Assembly: GCA_904502245.1 (NCBI GenBank)
Contig: CAJGDN010000001.1
Span: forward strand, 1 to 56,729
DNA from: an uncultured Alphaproteobacteria bacterium
GTDB taxonomy: Bacteria; Pseudomonadota; Alphaproteobacteria; Rs-D84
DNA: 56,729 nucleotides
Direction of reading: 5' to 3'
Program-made: the position numbers and the translations under genes
Shown here: piece by piece, positions 9,820 to 18,613 of the stretch
How positions within the stretch are numbered: the first letter of the stretch is position 1
Layout: every line of letters starts with the position of its first letter
Notes under the pieces: model-generated
Seen by the model: only the letters and a program-made list of their open reading frames with translations
Databases searched by the model: none
What the model was told of the DNA's origin: nothing

Positions 9820-9847
9820 ACCGTGCGTTTTCGCACGGTTTTTTTTA
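9820..9847 (+). terminator. intrinsic terminator
   Basis: accgtgcg-tttt-cgcacggt followed by T8. Confidence 0.8.
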
Positions 9848-9980
9848 TTGAATAAAAGTTTATTACTGTGATTGATTATGTGATGTGTTATTAGATAGAC
9901 TTGTTCTTTGCATAATTAATATGTTGTATAAATATTGGAAAAATGCTATCATTTTATAAGAAAATGAGGGAACTTAAATT

Positions 9981-11453
9981 ATGAAACGTTTTTTTTCAGT
10001 GTTTGTAATTATGTTGTTGTCCTGTGTGTGTGATGCAGAGGCTAAGACTTATGCCAGGCCAGGTGAGTATAAAAATGGTGGGTTTCGACATGATTGTAGG
10101 CCAGGCTGTTATTGCGAAGGCAACAAAGATGGCAAAGGAGTACATTGGACTGCAGGTGATATTAGGAGGGGCTGTCTAAATAGGTGGTCCAAGGTTACAA
10201 AAGTGTTAAATAGTATAGGTGTGTTCTTGTGTCCTGCTGATTTTCCTGATTCTGATTATGCAGCAAAGTCAAGTGCAGATTGTTATTTCCGTAATGCAGC
10301 AGGTGCAAAGATTAAATATGTTAAGGTTTCGTGTAGTGCAGGTGAATATTTGCCCAAAGGGTCGGATAAATGTGCGTTGTGTCCGGCAGGGTATTATTGC
10401 CCATCATCTTTTACGGAATACCCAAGCAAGGACAAGGATCAAGGTGAAATGATTGAAATGCCAACAGGTTATACATCAGACCGGGGGGCAAAGTCAGAAA
10501 CAAATAAGAAGAAAATAGATGAAATTCCGTGCGAAGCGGGAAAATATTCGCAGTATGGCAAGTGTGAGGTTTGTCCTGCGACTTATTACTGTCCAGGGGC
10601 AACGGATTCGGCAGCGATGAAATACGAGTGTCCTGCTGCTGTTCCAGAAAATGTTCGAGAAATGCGCACTTATCCAGAACAATATTATGCCGATGATGTA
10701 GTAAATGATGTAGAAAAATGGGGGCAGGAAACAGCCTTGAAGTTAAAACCGCATAAAGTGGTTGATTGGAGTTCAAAAACAGGTCTGAAATCCCAGGCGG
10801 AGTGTTCGTTGATTTATGTTGGTGAAAATATGCGCGGTAAGTTTCATCATGATAACGTTAAATATAATACTGTATCAGAAAAGTATGATGTCGAAGGCGG
10901 GGATTTGTATTATCTAAGCGTGAAACCAGGATATTATTTGACGGAACCATATATGGTTAATGGAATAAAATATTGTGATCATCATAATAATGATTCTGCG
11001 CATTATATGTTGTATCGTCGTGCAGAATTGTGCCCGCCAGATAAATGGTGCCCAGGTGTTGCGGTCACTGTCTGTAACAAGGGGACGCACGGGGATACTA
11101 TGGGGCTGAAAGAACCTGAGGATGTTACCTGTGCCAAAGGACAGTATTTGCCGGCAAATTCGAGCTATTGCGCACCGTGTGATACAAAAAAATATTTATG
11201 TGAAGGCGGTAATTTTAAAACCACATATCATGATCAAGGTAGGTATGTGACATATACCCAGGCGCAAATGCTATATGGTCCCAGCAAAAAAAGATCATCT
11301 GATCTTGCAGAGACATGTTGGGGGATTTTGGGTGAAGTTGGATATATAAGTTGTGTGCTGGGAAAAGATGTTTCAAAAAAACAAAATGAAGAAACGCCTG
11401 AGTCAAATGAAGAAATAATTGTTCCGGCACCAGGTGAAGAGAATGCAAGTTAA
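9981..11453 (+). CDS. secreted cysteine-rich protein with CxxGxY...CxxCPxGxYC repeats (ephrin-receptor-like / GCC2_GCC3-like)
   Basis: Signal peptide MKRFFSVFVIMLLSCVCDAEA. Repeats CSAGEYLPKGSDKCALCPAGYYCP, CEAGKYSQYGKCEVCPATYYCPG and CAKGQYLPANSSYCAPCDTKKYLCEGG. Confidence 0.7.
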   Translation: MKRFFSVFVIMLLSCVCDAEAKTYARPGEYKNGGFRHDCRPGCYCEGNKDGKGVHWTAGDIRRGCLNRWSKVTKVLNSIGVFLCPADFPDSDYAAKSSADCYFRNAAGAKIKYVKVSCSAGEYLPKGSDKCALCPAGYYCPSSFTEYPSKDKDQGEMIEMPTGYTSDRGAKSETNKKKIDEIPCEAGKYSQYGKCEVCPATYYCPGATDSAAMKYECPAAVPENVREMRTYPEQYYADDVVNDVEKWGQETALKLKPHKVVDWSSKTGLKSQAECSLIYVGENMRGKFHHDNVKYNTVSEKYDVEGGDLYYLSVKPGYYLTEPYMVNGIKYCDHHNNDSAHYMLYRRAELCPPDKWCPGVAVTVCNKGTHGDTMGLKEPEDVTCAKGQYLPANSSYCAPCDTKKYLCEGGNFKTTYHDQGRYVTYTQAQMLYGPSKKRSSDLAETCWGILGEVGYISCVLGKDVSKKQNEETPESNEEIIVPAPGEENAS

Positions 11454-11458
11454 AAAAT

Positions 11459-11476
11459 ACCCCCAGTTTAGGGGGT
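11459..11476. terminator. shared hairpin between convergent genes
   Basis: accccc-agttta-gggggt flanked by an A-run and a T-rich run. It abuts the stop codon of the minus-strand ClpP-like gene. Confidence 0.5.
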
Positions 11477-12150
11477 TATTTTGTTTTTTGATTTCGTTTT
11501 TTTGCAATATTTGATATTTTTCCGTGTTCGTTAAGTATCCAATCGCACATATTCATTTCCAGACATTCCGGGGCGGATAGATAGCCTGATTCGCAGCGTA
11601 TGAATTTTTCAAGTTTATTTTCAGGGATTTTTGTATATGTTTTATATTTTTCATTTATAATCTTTTTTTGGTTGGCAATTTGCTGTGCACGAATTGCAAT
11701 GTCGTCTGGATTACAGGCAATCATGCTGCTGGTGCCAAAGTGAACCATGTGACGTGCATCGTGTGCCATAATGCGGAAACCAGGGGTGCCTTGGATGGCT
11801 AACAGGCTGCCGCAGCTGAATGCGCGTGCCAATACAGTCGTGCGGATGATTGCGCCGCGTGATTTTGCGATGTTTAGTAAGGTTGATAAGCATTGTAATG
11901 CGTTTTCTAAACCACCAGCCGAGTCGATAAAAATATCAATGATTGGATTTTTGATGTTTTTTGTATTGTATGGTGATGTTAGTTTGCCAGATAAGCTATA
12001 TACAGGAAATTGTGGCAGTGAAAAAATATAATTGCCAAGATTTCCAACCAGTTCGCTCATTTCTTTGGTTGAAAAATCACCCAGTATGTATACCTGGGAA
12101 CCAGCAATGTAGCTGGCACTGTGGCTGTTGTTAATTATATTATCGGGCAT
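11476..12150 (-). CDS. divergent ClpP-family (S14) serine peptidase paralogue
   Basis: Aligns by eye to the ClpP core: IFIDSAGGLENAL (ClpP INSPGG), ARAFSCGSLL (ClpP AASMGAFLL, Ser kept), HMVHFG (ClpP MIHQP, His kept), YLSAPECLEMNMCDWIL (ClpP FLSAPEAVEYGLVD). The Asp of the triad is not evident. Canonical clpP is at 39397. Confidence 0.7.
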   Translation of the reverse strand: MPDNIINNSHSASYIAGSQVYILGDFSTKEMSELVGNLGNYIFSLPQFPVYSLSGKLTSPYNTKNIKNPIIDIFIDSAGGLENALQCLSTLLNIAKSRGAIIRTTVLARAFSCGSLLAIQGTPGFRIMAHDARHMVHFGTSSMIACNPDDIAIRAQQIANQKKIINEKYKTYTKIPENKLEKFIRCESGYLSAPECLEMNMCDWILNEHGKISNIAKKRNQKTK

Positions 12151-12296
12151 TTTTTATCCTTTGGCTGTGTAAGTATTATGTTAGTACAGTCGTATTATTT
12201 GTCAATTAAAAAAATATTTATAAATCTTGCCTTGGGCGGTTAAAGGCGCTATTATCCATGCGATGTTGAATTTGTTTAGGTAAAGGAAGTGTTATT

Positions 12297-15200
12297 ATGA
12301 CAGATAAACTGATTGTTGATGGAAACTGGGCGGCGGCTGATGTTGCGTACAGATGTGTTGATTTTGCAGCGATTTATCCAATTACCCCCAGCAGCACTAT
12401 GGGCGAATTGGCCGATGAATGGTCGTTCCAGCATAAAAAAAATATTTGGGGTGCAATTCCGCAAATAATTGAAATGCAATCCGAAGCCGGGGCGGCAGGG
12501 GCTATGCACGGTGCTTTGCAGATGGGCAGTTTGGCAACAACGTTTACTGCATCCCAAGGTTTGTTGTTGATGATTCCAAATATGTACAAGATTGCAGGCG
12601 AACAGACACCATTTGTTATGCATGTCGCGGCACGTGCATTGGCAACACATGCATTGTCAATATTTGGTGATCACAGTGATGTTATGTCGGTGCGTTCGGT
12701 CGGGTTTGCAATGTTATCTTCGCATAATGTACAACAGGCGCATGATATGGCAGCAATCGCACACGCGGCAACATTGCGTTCACGTGTGCCGTTCTTGCAT
12801 TTCTTTGATGGGTTTCGTACCAGTCATGAAGAATCGCGACTGATTCGTATTTCAGATGAAGTTTTGGAAAAAATGATTCCAAACGATTTGGTCTTGGCGA
12901 ATCGTGCACGTGGAATGACGCCAGATAATCCAGTAATTCGTGGTACTGCACAAAATCCAGATGTCTATTTCCAGGGACGCGAGGCGGCAAATCCACTGTA
13001 TCAAAAAACACCAGAAATTGTACAGGCGTGTATGGATGAATTTGCGCAATTAACAGGGCGTAAATATGGCTTAGTTGATTATGTCGGTGATGAAAATGCA
13101 GAAAATATTATTGTTGCCATGGGCAGTGGGTGCGAGACAATTGAAGAAACATTGGCACATCTGCCGGCAGGATTAGGACTGTTAAAGGTTCATTTGTATC
13201 GTCCATTCCCAGTCGAAGCGTTTCTGAATGCAATGCCAAAATCTGTTAAACGAATCGCTGTTCTGGACAGAACCAAGGAACCAGGCAGTATTGGTGAACC
13301 ATTATATCAAGATGTAAAATCAATCGTTCCAGATGGAATAGAAGTGTTTGGTGGGCGTTATGGTCTGGGGTCCAAAGAATTTAAACCAAGGGATGTTAAA
13401 GCGATATATGAAAACCTGATGCGGGGGACGCTGCATCATAACTTTACAGTTGGAATTGACGACGATTTAAGTGGATTGTCGTTAAAGACAGATCCTGCAT
13501 TTGCGGTGGAAGATCCGAACTTTAAGACTGCTATTTTATATGGTATTGGCAGTGATGGTACAGTTGGTGCGGTTAAAAACATTGTTAAAATTGTTGGGGA
13601 AAATTCAGATTTGTATCCACAATCTTATGCGGTGTATGATTCAAAAAAATCAGGTGGATTGACCGCATCGCATATTCGTTTTTCTGATGCGCCGATTAAA
13701 AGTCAGTATTTGGTCGAGGTTGCAGACTTTATCAGTGTTTCAAATTTCATGATTGCGCAACGCTTTGATGTGTTCCGTGGTTTGCGCGTGGGGGGAACTG
13801 TGATGATTAATACGTCCCTGGCACCAGATGTTGCGTTTGCGAACTTGCCAAAAGACACCCAGGAACATTTAATCAGAATCCGTGCGAATATTTATTTCTT
13901 GGATGCAAATCGTGCGGCGGCCGAATTGGGATTAGGAAATCGTATTAATACATTTATCATGTTAAATTTCTTTAATTTAACAAATGTTATTGATCCAGCC
14001 CAGGCAGCAATCAGTGCCAAGGCAGCAATTGAAAAGACATATAAGAAAAAGGGTATGGATGTCGTTCAGGCAAACTGGGCAGCAGTGGATAAGGCAGCAG
14101 AATATCTAAGGAAATATGACGTTCCGTCATCTATATCAAATTTTGCGCCAGACTTTATCCCAGCAATGACATTGGATACGCCGGCAGAAATTGCAGGTAC
14201 ATTGGGTGAAATGGCCGCGCAGCGTGGGGATGCAATTCCGGTATCGCGTTTCCGTGTAGATGGACAGTTTGGGGCAGGTCAATATCCAGTTGGTACATCA
14301 AAATATGAAAAACGTGCAATATCAGATAAAGTTGCGGTTGTGGATATTGATAAATGCATCCAATGTGGAAAATGTTCAATGATGTGTCCGCATGCCGCAA
14401 TACGTATCAAGGCATTAACAGAAGAGCAAGCCGAAGAACTGCGTGCCAAAGGTGTGCGGGTTGTTCCGATGAAAACACCTGAATTGGGGCCAAATATGTA
14501 TTTTACAATAAATATCTCGCCGGCAGATTGTACAGGATGTAATGTTTGTGTGAAAAATTGTCCGGTTGGTGCGTTATCAATGGCGCCAGCACGTGATGTT
14601 ATGGCGGATAATCAGGCGGCTTTTAATGCGGCAGAACAAATGCCTGATTTCCCACGCGAAAAGTTAAATCTGAATATCCCAAAGCATGTAGAATTGTTGC
14701 CGCATTACTTTGAATTCCCGGGTGCATGTGCGGGATGCGGTGAAACACCGTATGTAAAGCTGTTGGCGCATCTGTTTGGTGACAGAATGATTGTTGCAAA
14801 TGCAACGGGCTGTTCTTCAATATATGGTGCGAATTTGCCAACAACCCCATGGACCAAGGATAAGGCAGGGCGTGGACCAGCCTGGTCTAATTCTTTGTTC
14901 GAAGATAATGCGGAATATGGTTTGGGAATGCGGTTGGCACTGAATCAGAAACGTCATTCGTTAAAGGGACTGCTGTTCGAATTGGGAATTGAGAATGTTG
15001 AAGAATTGTTTAATGAAACCGATTCGCAAAAACAGCGTCAAATTGAAGAAATTTTGCGTAAACAACTGGCAAAAATAGATGGGCCACGTGCACGTCTGGC
15101 AGAAAGTCAGATTGGTGAAATTGTCGATAAATCTGTTTGGATTGTTGGCGGTGATGGATGGGCGTATGATATTGGATATGGTGGCGTTGATCATATTCTG

Positions 15201-15809
15201 CACAGTGGTGAAAATGTCAATGTTTTGGTATTGGATACCGAAGGCTATTCAAACACAGGTGGTCAGCAGTCAAAATCTACACCTTTTGGTGCCAGTATGA
15301 AATTTGCTATTGGTGGCAAGGAGCATGCAAAGAAGGATTTGGGTATGATTGCTATGATGAGCGGTGCGTATGTTGCACAAATTGCGTTGGGCGCAAATCA
15401 GGCCCAGGCGATTCGCGCATTCCGCGAAGCAGAATCGTTCAATGGACCGTCAATAATATTGGCATATGCACCATGTATTGCACATGGATTTGCATTGCAA
15501 AATGGTGCAGATCATCAAATGCAGATGGTTCAGACCGGCGCGTGGCCACTGTTCCGATTCGATCCGCGGTTGATTGCTGATGGTCATAATCCATTGACTA
15601 TGGATTCCAATGTTGATAACCCGTTACCGTTGGAAGATTTCTTGAAAACGGAAAGTCGATTCGGTGCGGCGCGTGCGGCAAATCCGCAGTTTAATAAGTT
15701 GGTAGATTTGGCCAAGGCAAATAATGCATACAAAAGTGAATTGAAAAAGCATATAGCACAGTTTGCAATGTTGAATAAACCAGTTGTTAAAGAAAACGGC
15801 GAGGGATAA
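12297..15809 (+). CDS. nifJ: pyruvate:ferredoxin (flavodoxin) oxidoreductase, single-chain NifJ/PFOR type
   Basis: 1170 aa. Two ferredoxin-type clusters CIQCGKCSMMCP and CTGCNVCVKNCP. TPP domain GGDGWAYDIGYGG. The N-terminal MTDKLIVDGNWAAADVAYR is typical of PFOR. Confidence 0.93.
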   Translation: MTDKLIVDGNWAAADVAYRCVDFAAIYPITPSSTMGELADEWSFQHKKNIWGAIPQIIEMQSEAGAAGAMHGALQMGSLATTFTASQGLLLMIPNMYKIAGEQTPFVMHVAARALATHALSIFGDHSDVMSVRSVGFAMLSSHNVQQAHDMAAIAHAATLRSRVPFLHFFDGFRTSHEESRLIRISDEVLEKMIPNDLVLANRARGMTPDNPVIRGTAQNPDVYFQGREAANPLYQKTPEIVQACMDEFAQLTGRKYGLVDYVGDENAENIIVAMGSGCETIEETLAHLPAGLGLLKVHLYRPFPVEAFLNAMPKSVKRIAVLDRTKEPGSIGEPLYQDVKSIVPDGIEVFGGRYGLGSKEFKPRDVKAIYENLMRGTLHHNFTVGIDDDLSGLSLKTDPAFAVEDPNFKTAILYGIGSDGTVGAVKNIVKIVGENSDLYPQSYAVYDSKKSGGLTASHIRFSDAPIKSQYLVEVADFISVSNFMIAQRFDVFRGLRVGGTVMINTSLAPDVAFANLPKDTQEHLIRIRANIYFLDANRAAAELGLGNRINTFIMLNFFNLTNVIDPAQAAISAKAAIEKTYKKKGMDVVQANWAAVDKAAEYLRKYDVPSSISNFAPDFIPAMTLDTPAEIAGTLGEMAAQRGDAIPVSRFRVDGQFGAGQYPVGTSKYEKRAISDKVAVVDIDKCIQCGKCSMMCPHAAIRIKALTEEQAEELRAKGVRVVPMKTPELGPNMYFTINISPADCTGCNVCVKNCPVGALSMAPARDVMADNQAAFNAAEQMPDFPREKLNLNIPKHVELLPHYFEFPGACAGCGETPYVKLLAHLFGDRMIVANATGCSSIYGANLPTTPWTKDKAGRGPAWSNSLFEDNAEYGLGMRLALNQKRHSLKGLLFELGIENVEELFNETDSQKQRQIEEILRKQLAKIDGPRARLAESQIGEIVDKSVWIVGGDGWAYDIGYGGVDHILHSGENVNVLVLDTEGYSNTGGQQSKSTPFGASMKFAIGGKEHAKKDLGMIAMMSGAYVAQIALGANQAQAIRAFREAESFNGPSIILAYAPCIAHGFALQNGADHQMQMVQTGAWPLFRFDPRLIADGHNPLTMDSNVDNPLPLEDFLKTESRFGAARAANPQFNKLVDLAKANNAYKSELKKHIAQFAMLNKPVVKENGEG

Positions 15810-15810
15810 A

Positions 15811-16245
15811 ATGAAAAAGTTATTATTCTTGGTAATTGGAATGCTGTGTGTGACAGCATGCACGTTCCAAACAAAACATCGTGGTTATGTATTTCCGGCT
15901 GATTTGGAAAGTCTGGCTGCCAATATAAAAACAACAGCGGATTTAAATGATAAAATAGGGGCGCCATTGGTTAAGACAATATATGGTGATGAAGTCTGGA
16001 TTTATTACGGTACAGATGAAAATTATCGTGGACCGTTGGCACCAACGTTTACCGATGAAACAGTGTTGTTGGCATGGGTAAAGGGAGGTCGTGTCTTGAA
16101 AACCAAGGTCTTGCGAGATGCAGATTTGCCAGATGTTAAATTGGTGGATGGCGAAACTGAAATTCCGGCGGCGATTGAATTAAATGCGTTGGAAGAATTG
16201 TTTAATAATATTGGTCGTTTCAGCCCAGCCGGATTGGGACAATAA
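15811..16245 (+). CDS. bamE: outer membrane assembly lipoprotein BamE (SmpA/OmlA)
   Basis: ATG at 15811 gives MKKLLFLVIGMLCVTAC (lipobox), followed by an HRGYVFPADLESL...VWIYYG SmpA_OmlA-like core. Confidence 0.65.
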   Translation: MKKLLFLVIGMLCVTACTFQTKHRGYVFPADLESLAANIKTTADLNDKIGAPLVKTIYGDEVWIYYGTDENYRGPLAPTFTDETVLLAWVKGGRVLKTKVLRDADLPDVKLVDGETEIPAAIELNALEELFNNIGRFSPAGLGQ

Positions 16246-16248
16246 AAA

Positions 16249-16272
16249 ATGCGCCATGTGGCGCATTTTTTT
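16249..16272 (+). terminator. bamE intrinsic terminator
   Basis: tgcgcca-tg-tggcgca followed by T7. Confidence 0.75.
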
Positions 16273-16311
16273 GTCTTGTTAAAAATGTTTGGATGTTATA
16301 GAATATAAACC

Positions 16312-16848
16312 ATGAGAAAAAGAAATTTTGTTTTTACAATTTGTGCAATGTTGTTGCCAGTTGTTGTTGAAGCTGCGTTTACGTCGTGTGGACCAGGTTA
16401 TATTTTAATAGAAAGCCGTCAGAAAATTGACGGTGTTCCAGTGGCAGAATGTCAGAAGTTGTGGTGTCGTGATTTGGAAAACGGTAAGTTGATGGGCGAG
16501 GGAAATAAACCAAGTAGCGGATATCAGGCGACAAGTACTGCAAATGAATTATGTGATGCTGCGGGAAATTGTGTTGAATGTTGGGGGGCGCGTAAGTGGT
16601 GCGCAGGCGAGGCGCGTGGTGAATGGAATCCAGAATATGGCGCGTATACACGTGGTGGAGATAATGTAACATATTTGTCTTATCAAAAGGGAACGTGTTT
16701 TGCATGGCGTTTGGAAAAGCCAGAGTGTGAATCGGGTGAAACAGCGGTTTTGAAAGATGGTAAATGGATATGTGCAACATCATCTGGCACAACAGATGTG
16801 GGACGTGCATCAGGTGTGCGTCGTACAGGAACATTACGGCGTATGTAA
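16312..16848 (+). CDS. secreted cysteine-rich protein (178 aa, 12 Cys)
   Basis: Signal peptide MRKRNFVFTICAMLLPVVVEAA, then CGPGYILIE...CQKLWCRD...CDAAGNCVECWGARKWC. Possibly distantly related to the Cys-rich family at 9981 and 49621. Confidence 0.6.
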   Translation: MRKRNFVFTICAMLLPVVVEAAFTSCGPGYILIESRQKIDGVPVAECQKLWCRDLENGKLMGEGNKPSSGYQATSTANELCDAAGNCVECWGARKWCAGEARGEWNPEYGAYTRGGDNVTYLSYQKGTCFAWRLEKPECESGETAVLKDGKWICATSSGTTDVGRASGVRRTGTLRRM

Positions 16849-16858
16849 TAAGAAATTT

Positions 16859-16886
16859 AATCCCGGATATTTCTGGGATTTTTTTA
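16859..16886 (+). terminator. intrinsic terminator
   Basis: aatccc...gggatt hairpin followed by T7. Confidence 0.65.
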
Positions 16887-16916
16887 TGTCAATTATTTGT
16901 TTTTTAGGTTTTTTTA

Positions 16917-16925
16917 TGATATAAT
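16917..16925 (+). promoter_or_regulatory. extended -10 element TGaTATAAT upstream of carD
   Basis: TG at 16917-16918 and TATAAT at 16920-16925, 42 nt upstream of the carD ATG. Confidence 0.4.
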
Positions 16926-16966
16926 CACCAAGATGAGAGAATGGCAACCGTAAAAGGGTATCCATA

Positions 16967-17527
16967 ATGCCAAGTAAAAAATTAGATTTTAAAACAGGAC
17001 AATACGTTGTTTATCCAACCCAAGGGGTGGGTAAGCTGCTGCGTATAGAAGAACAAACAGTCGGTGGTCAAAAGGTTAAAATGTTGGTGATTGATTTTGA
17101 ACGTAATCACATGACATTGCGGGTGCCGGTTGAACGTGCAGAAATTTCTGGACTGCGTCCGTTGACGTCGGCTAAGAAAATGGACGAAGCGATTGCGTCT
17201 GCCAAAGGGCGTGCGGGTGCAAAACGTATGATTTGGGCGCGTCGTGCCGCACAGTATGAAGAAAATATTAATTCTGGTGACCCGATGAAGCTGGCCGAGG
17301 TGGTGCGCGACCTGCAACGTCGCAGTGCGGCGGATACAATGACGTTTTCTGCACGTCAATTATATTTGCGCGCATTGGAACGTATGGCCCAGGAATTTGC
17401 AGTTTTGCATAAATTAGATCTGGATGCTGCGTCAGATAAGATTGAAGATATTTTGGGAATCCCAAAAGAGATTGATTTGAATGCAGTTGATGTTGATGAA
17501 GAAGATATCGAAGAAGATGAAGCATAG
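16967..17527 (+). CDS. carD: CarD/CdnL-family RNA-polymerase-binding transcription factor
   Basis: FKTGQYVVYPTQGVGKLLRIEEQTVGGQKVKMLVIDFERNHMTLRVPVERAE is the CarD_CdnL_TRCF domain. Acidic C-terminal tail. Confidence 0.88.
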   Translation: MPSKKLDFKTGQYVVYPTQGVGKLLRIEEQTVGGQKVKMLVIDFERNHMTLRVPVERAEISGLRPLTSAKKMDEAIASAKGRAGAKRMIWARRAAQYEENINSGDPMKLAEVVRDLQRRSAADTMTFSARQLYLRALERMAQEFAVLHKLDLDAASDKIEDILGIPKEIDLNAVDVDEEDIEEDEA

Positions 17528-17530
17528 ATG

Positions 17531-17552
17531 TCCCGCCATTTGGCGGGATTTA
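17531..17552 (+). terminator. carD intrinsic terminator
   Basis: tcccgcca-tt-tggcggga followed by a T-rich run. Confidence 0.65.
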
Positions 17553-17643
17553 TATTAGATTAAAAATAAATTGTGTTTTTTCTCTTTACAAAAATCCTTA
17601 AAATATGTAAAATTATACACAGAAGCAAGAAGGGAAAGAGAAA

Positions 17644-18444
17644 ATGTTATCGTACAAATTTAAACATCTGTGTTCACGCATTATTGCCTCGTTGTCTGCG
17701 TTTGGAATTATTAGTGTCGTACGTGATGCGAATGCGCAAAGTTTTGCTGGTGGAGAAGAGATCACATGGACAGCTCAGGGACCGGTATCATTATTTGTTG
17801 CACAATATGTGCAGGACCCTTGTCCTTTGTCTTCGAGTGATGGTACAGAAATTAATCCCCAAAAGCAGATTAAATCGTTTTATTATTCTGGTGCTGGGTC
17901 GGCTGGTACAAATGACCGTTGTGTATATGTATGTCGTTCTGCGCCGGGATCTGACAGTGCCAGAGTGTATAATTATGCAGAATATGCCTATGTTGGTGGG
18001 GCGTCTGCGGGGTTTGGGCCGCATGATGAATTGAATAATAGACTTGATAATACTTCTGGTCTTTACAGTGTTGGGACGTATATTGCGCCGGCGTTTTCGG
18101 CTAATCTGATGGCGGCTGATGGACAGCCGTATGGTGAAGGTTATGTCAAAGCTTCGCTGCACGGTGATTTAAAGGAAGAATGGTTTTCTGGTTTAATTGA
18201 TGCATCGGCAGCTGATAAATATTCTTATACAGGAACATCTGTTGTTGTTGTGACGCCGGATCAGGCAAAGACGTATACGGATGATATCTGTATTAAGAGA
18301 GCGCAAACAGTTACGTTTGATTGTGAAGATGGTCAGAATAGTGCGACAATGGCGATTCGTTGGAATGAAACATTGGATGTGCCTGATGGTGATATGTGTG
18401 TGCCGCAACCTGGGCAAATGTTTAAACATTGGACGTTGCAATGA
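17644..18444 (+). CDS. secreted protein, unknown function; C-terminus resembles a Listeria-Bacteroides (Flg_new) repeat
   Basis: Signal peptide ...SAFGIISVVRDANAQ. The C-terminal TVTFDCEDGQNSATMAIRWNETLDVPDGDMCVPQPGQMFKHW fits the y-V-tFd..G......v..g..l..P..p...G..F.gW pattern. Confidence 0.6.
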   Translation: MLSYKFKHLCSRIIASLSAFGIISVVRDANAQSFAGGEEITWTAQGPVSLFVAQYVQDPCPLSSSDGTEINPQKQIKSFYYSGAGSAGTNDRCVYVCRSAPGSDSARVYNYAEYAYVGGASAGFGPHDELNNRLDNTSGLYSVGTYIAPAFSANLMAADGQPYGEGYVKASLHGDLKEEWFSGLIDASAADKYSYTGTSVVVVTPDQAKTYTDDICIKRAQTVTFDCEDGQNSATMAIRWNETLDVPDGDMCVPQPGQMFKHWTLQ

Positions 18445-18460
18445 ATTAATCTGCTTATAA

Positions 18461-18485
18461 ACCGGGGTGTTACCCGGTTTTTTTG
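18461..18485 (+). terminator. intrinsic terminator
   Basis: accggg-gtgtta-cccggt followed by T7. Confidence 0.75.
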
Positions 18486-18585
18486 TGACTGTTTGTTTTT
18501 CTTGTTGGTATTATTTTCTTTTTGTTTTGTACGTGTGTAGCGTTTTGGTGTTGTGCAATCTATTTTTATAGTGTTGATGTGTGAA

Positions 18586-18610
18586 AGAAAAATCCCGCCA
18601 TTTGGCGGGG
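18586..18610 (-). terminator. intrinsic terminator of the 18614-19429 gene
   Basis: On the minus strand: ccccgcca-aa-tggcggg followed by a U-rich run. Confidence 0.7.
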
Positions 18611-18613
18611 TGT

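Noticed and set aside
12276-15967. Numerous 60-130-aa ORFs antisense to or out of frame within nifJ, and similarly within clpB, polA, the autotransporters and the DUF4301 gene
   Set aside because: They are fully nested in long, well-supported CDSs, lack SD sequences, and have compositions typical of alternative frames of coding DNA.
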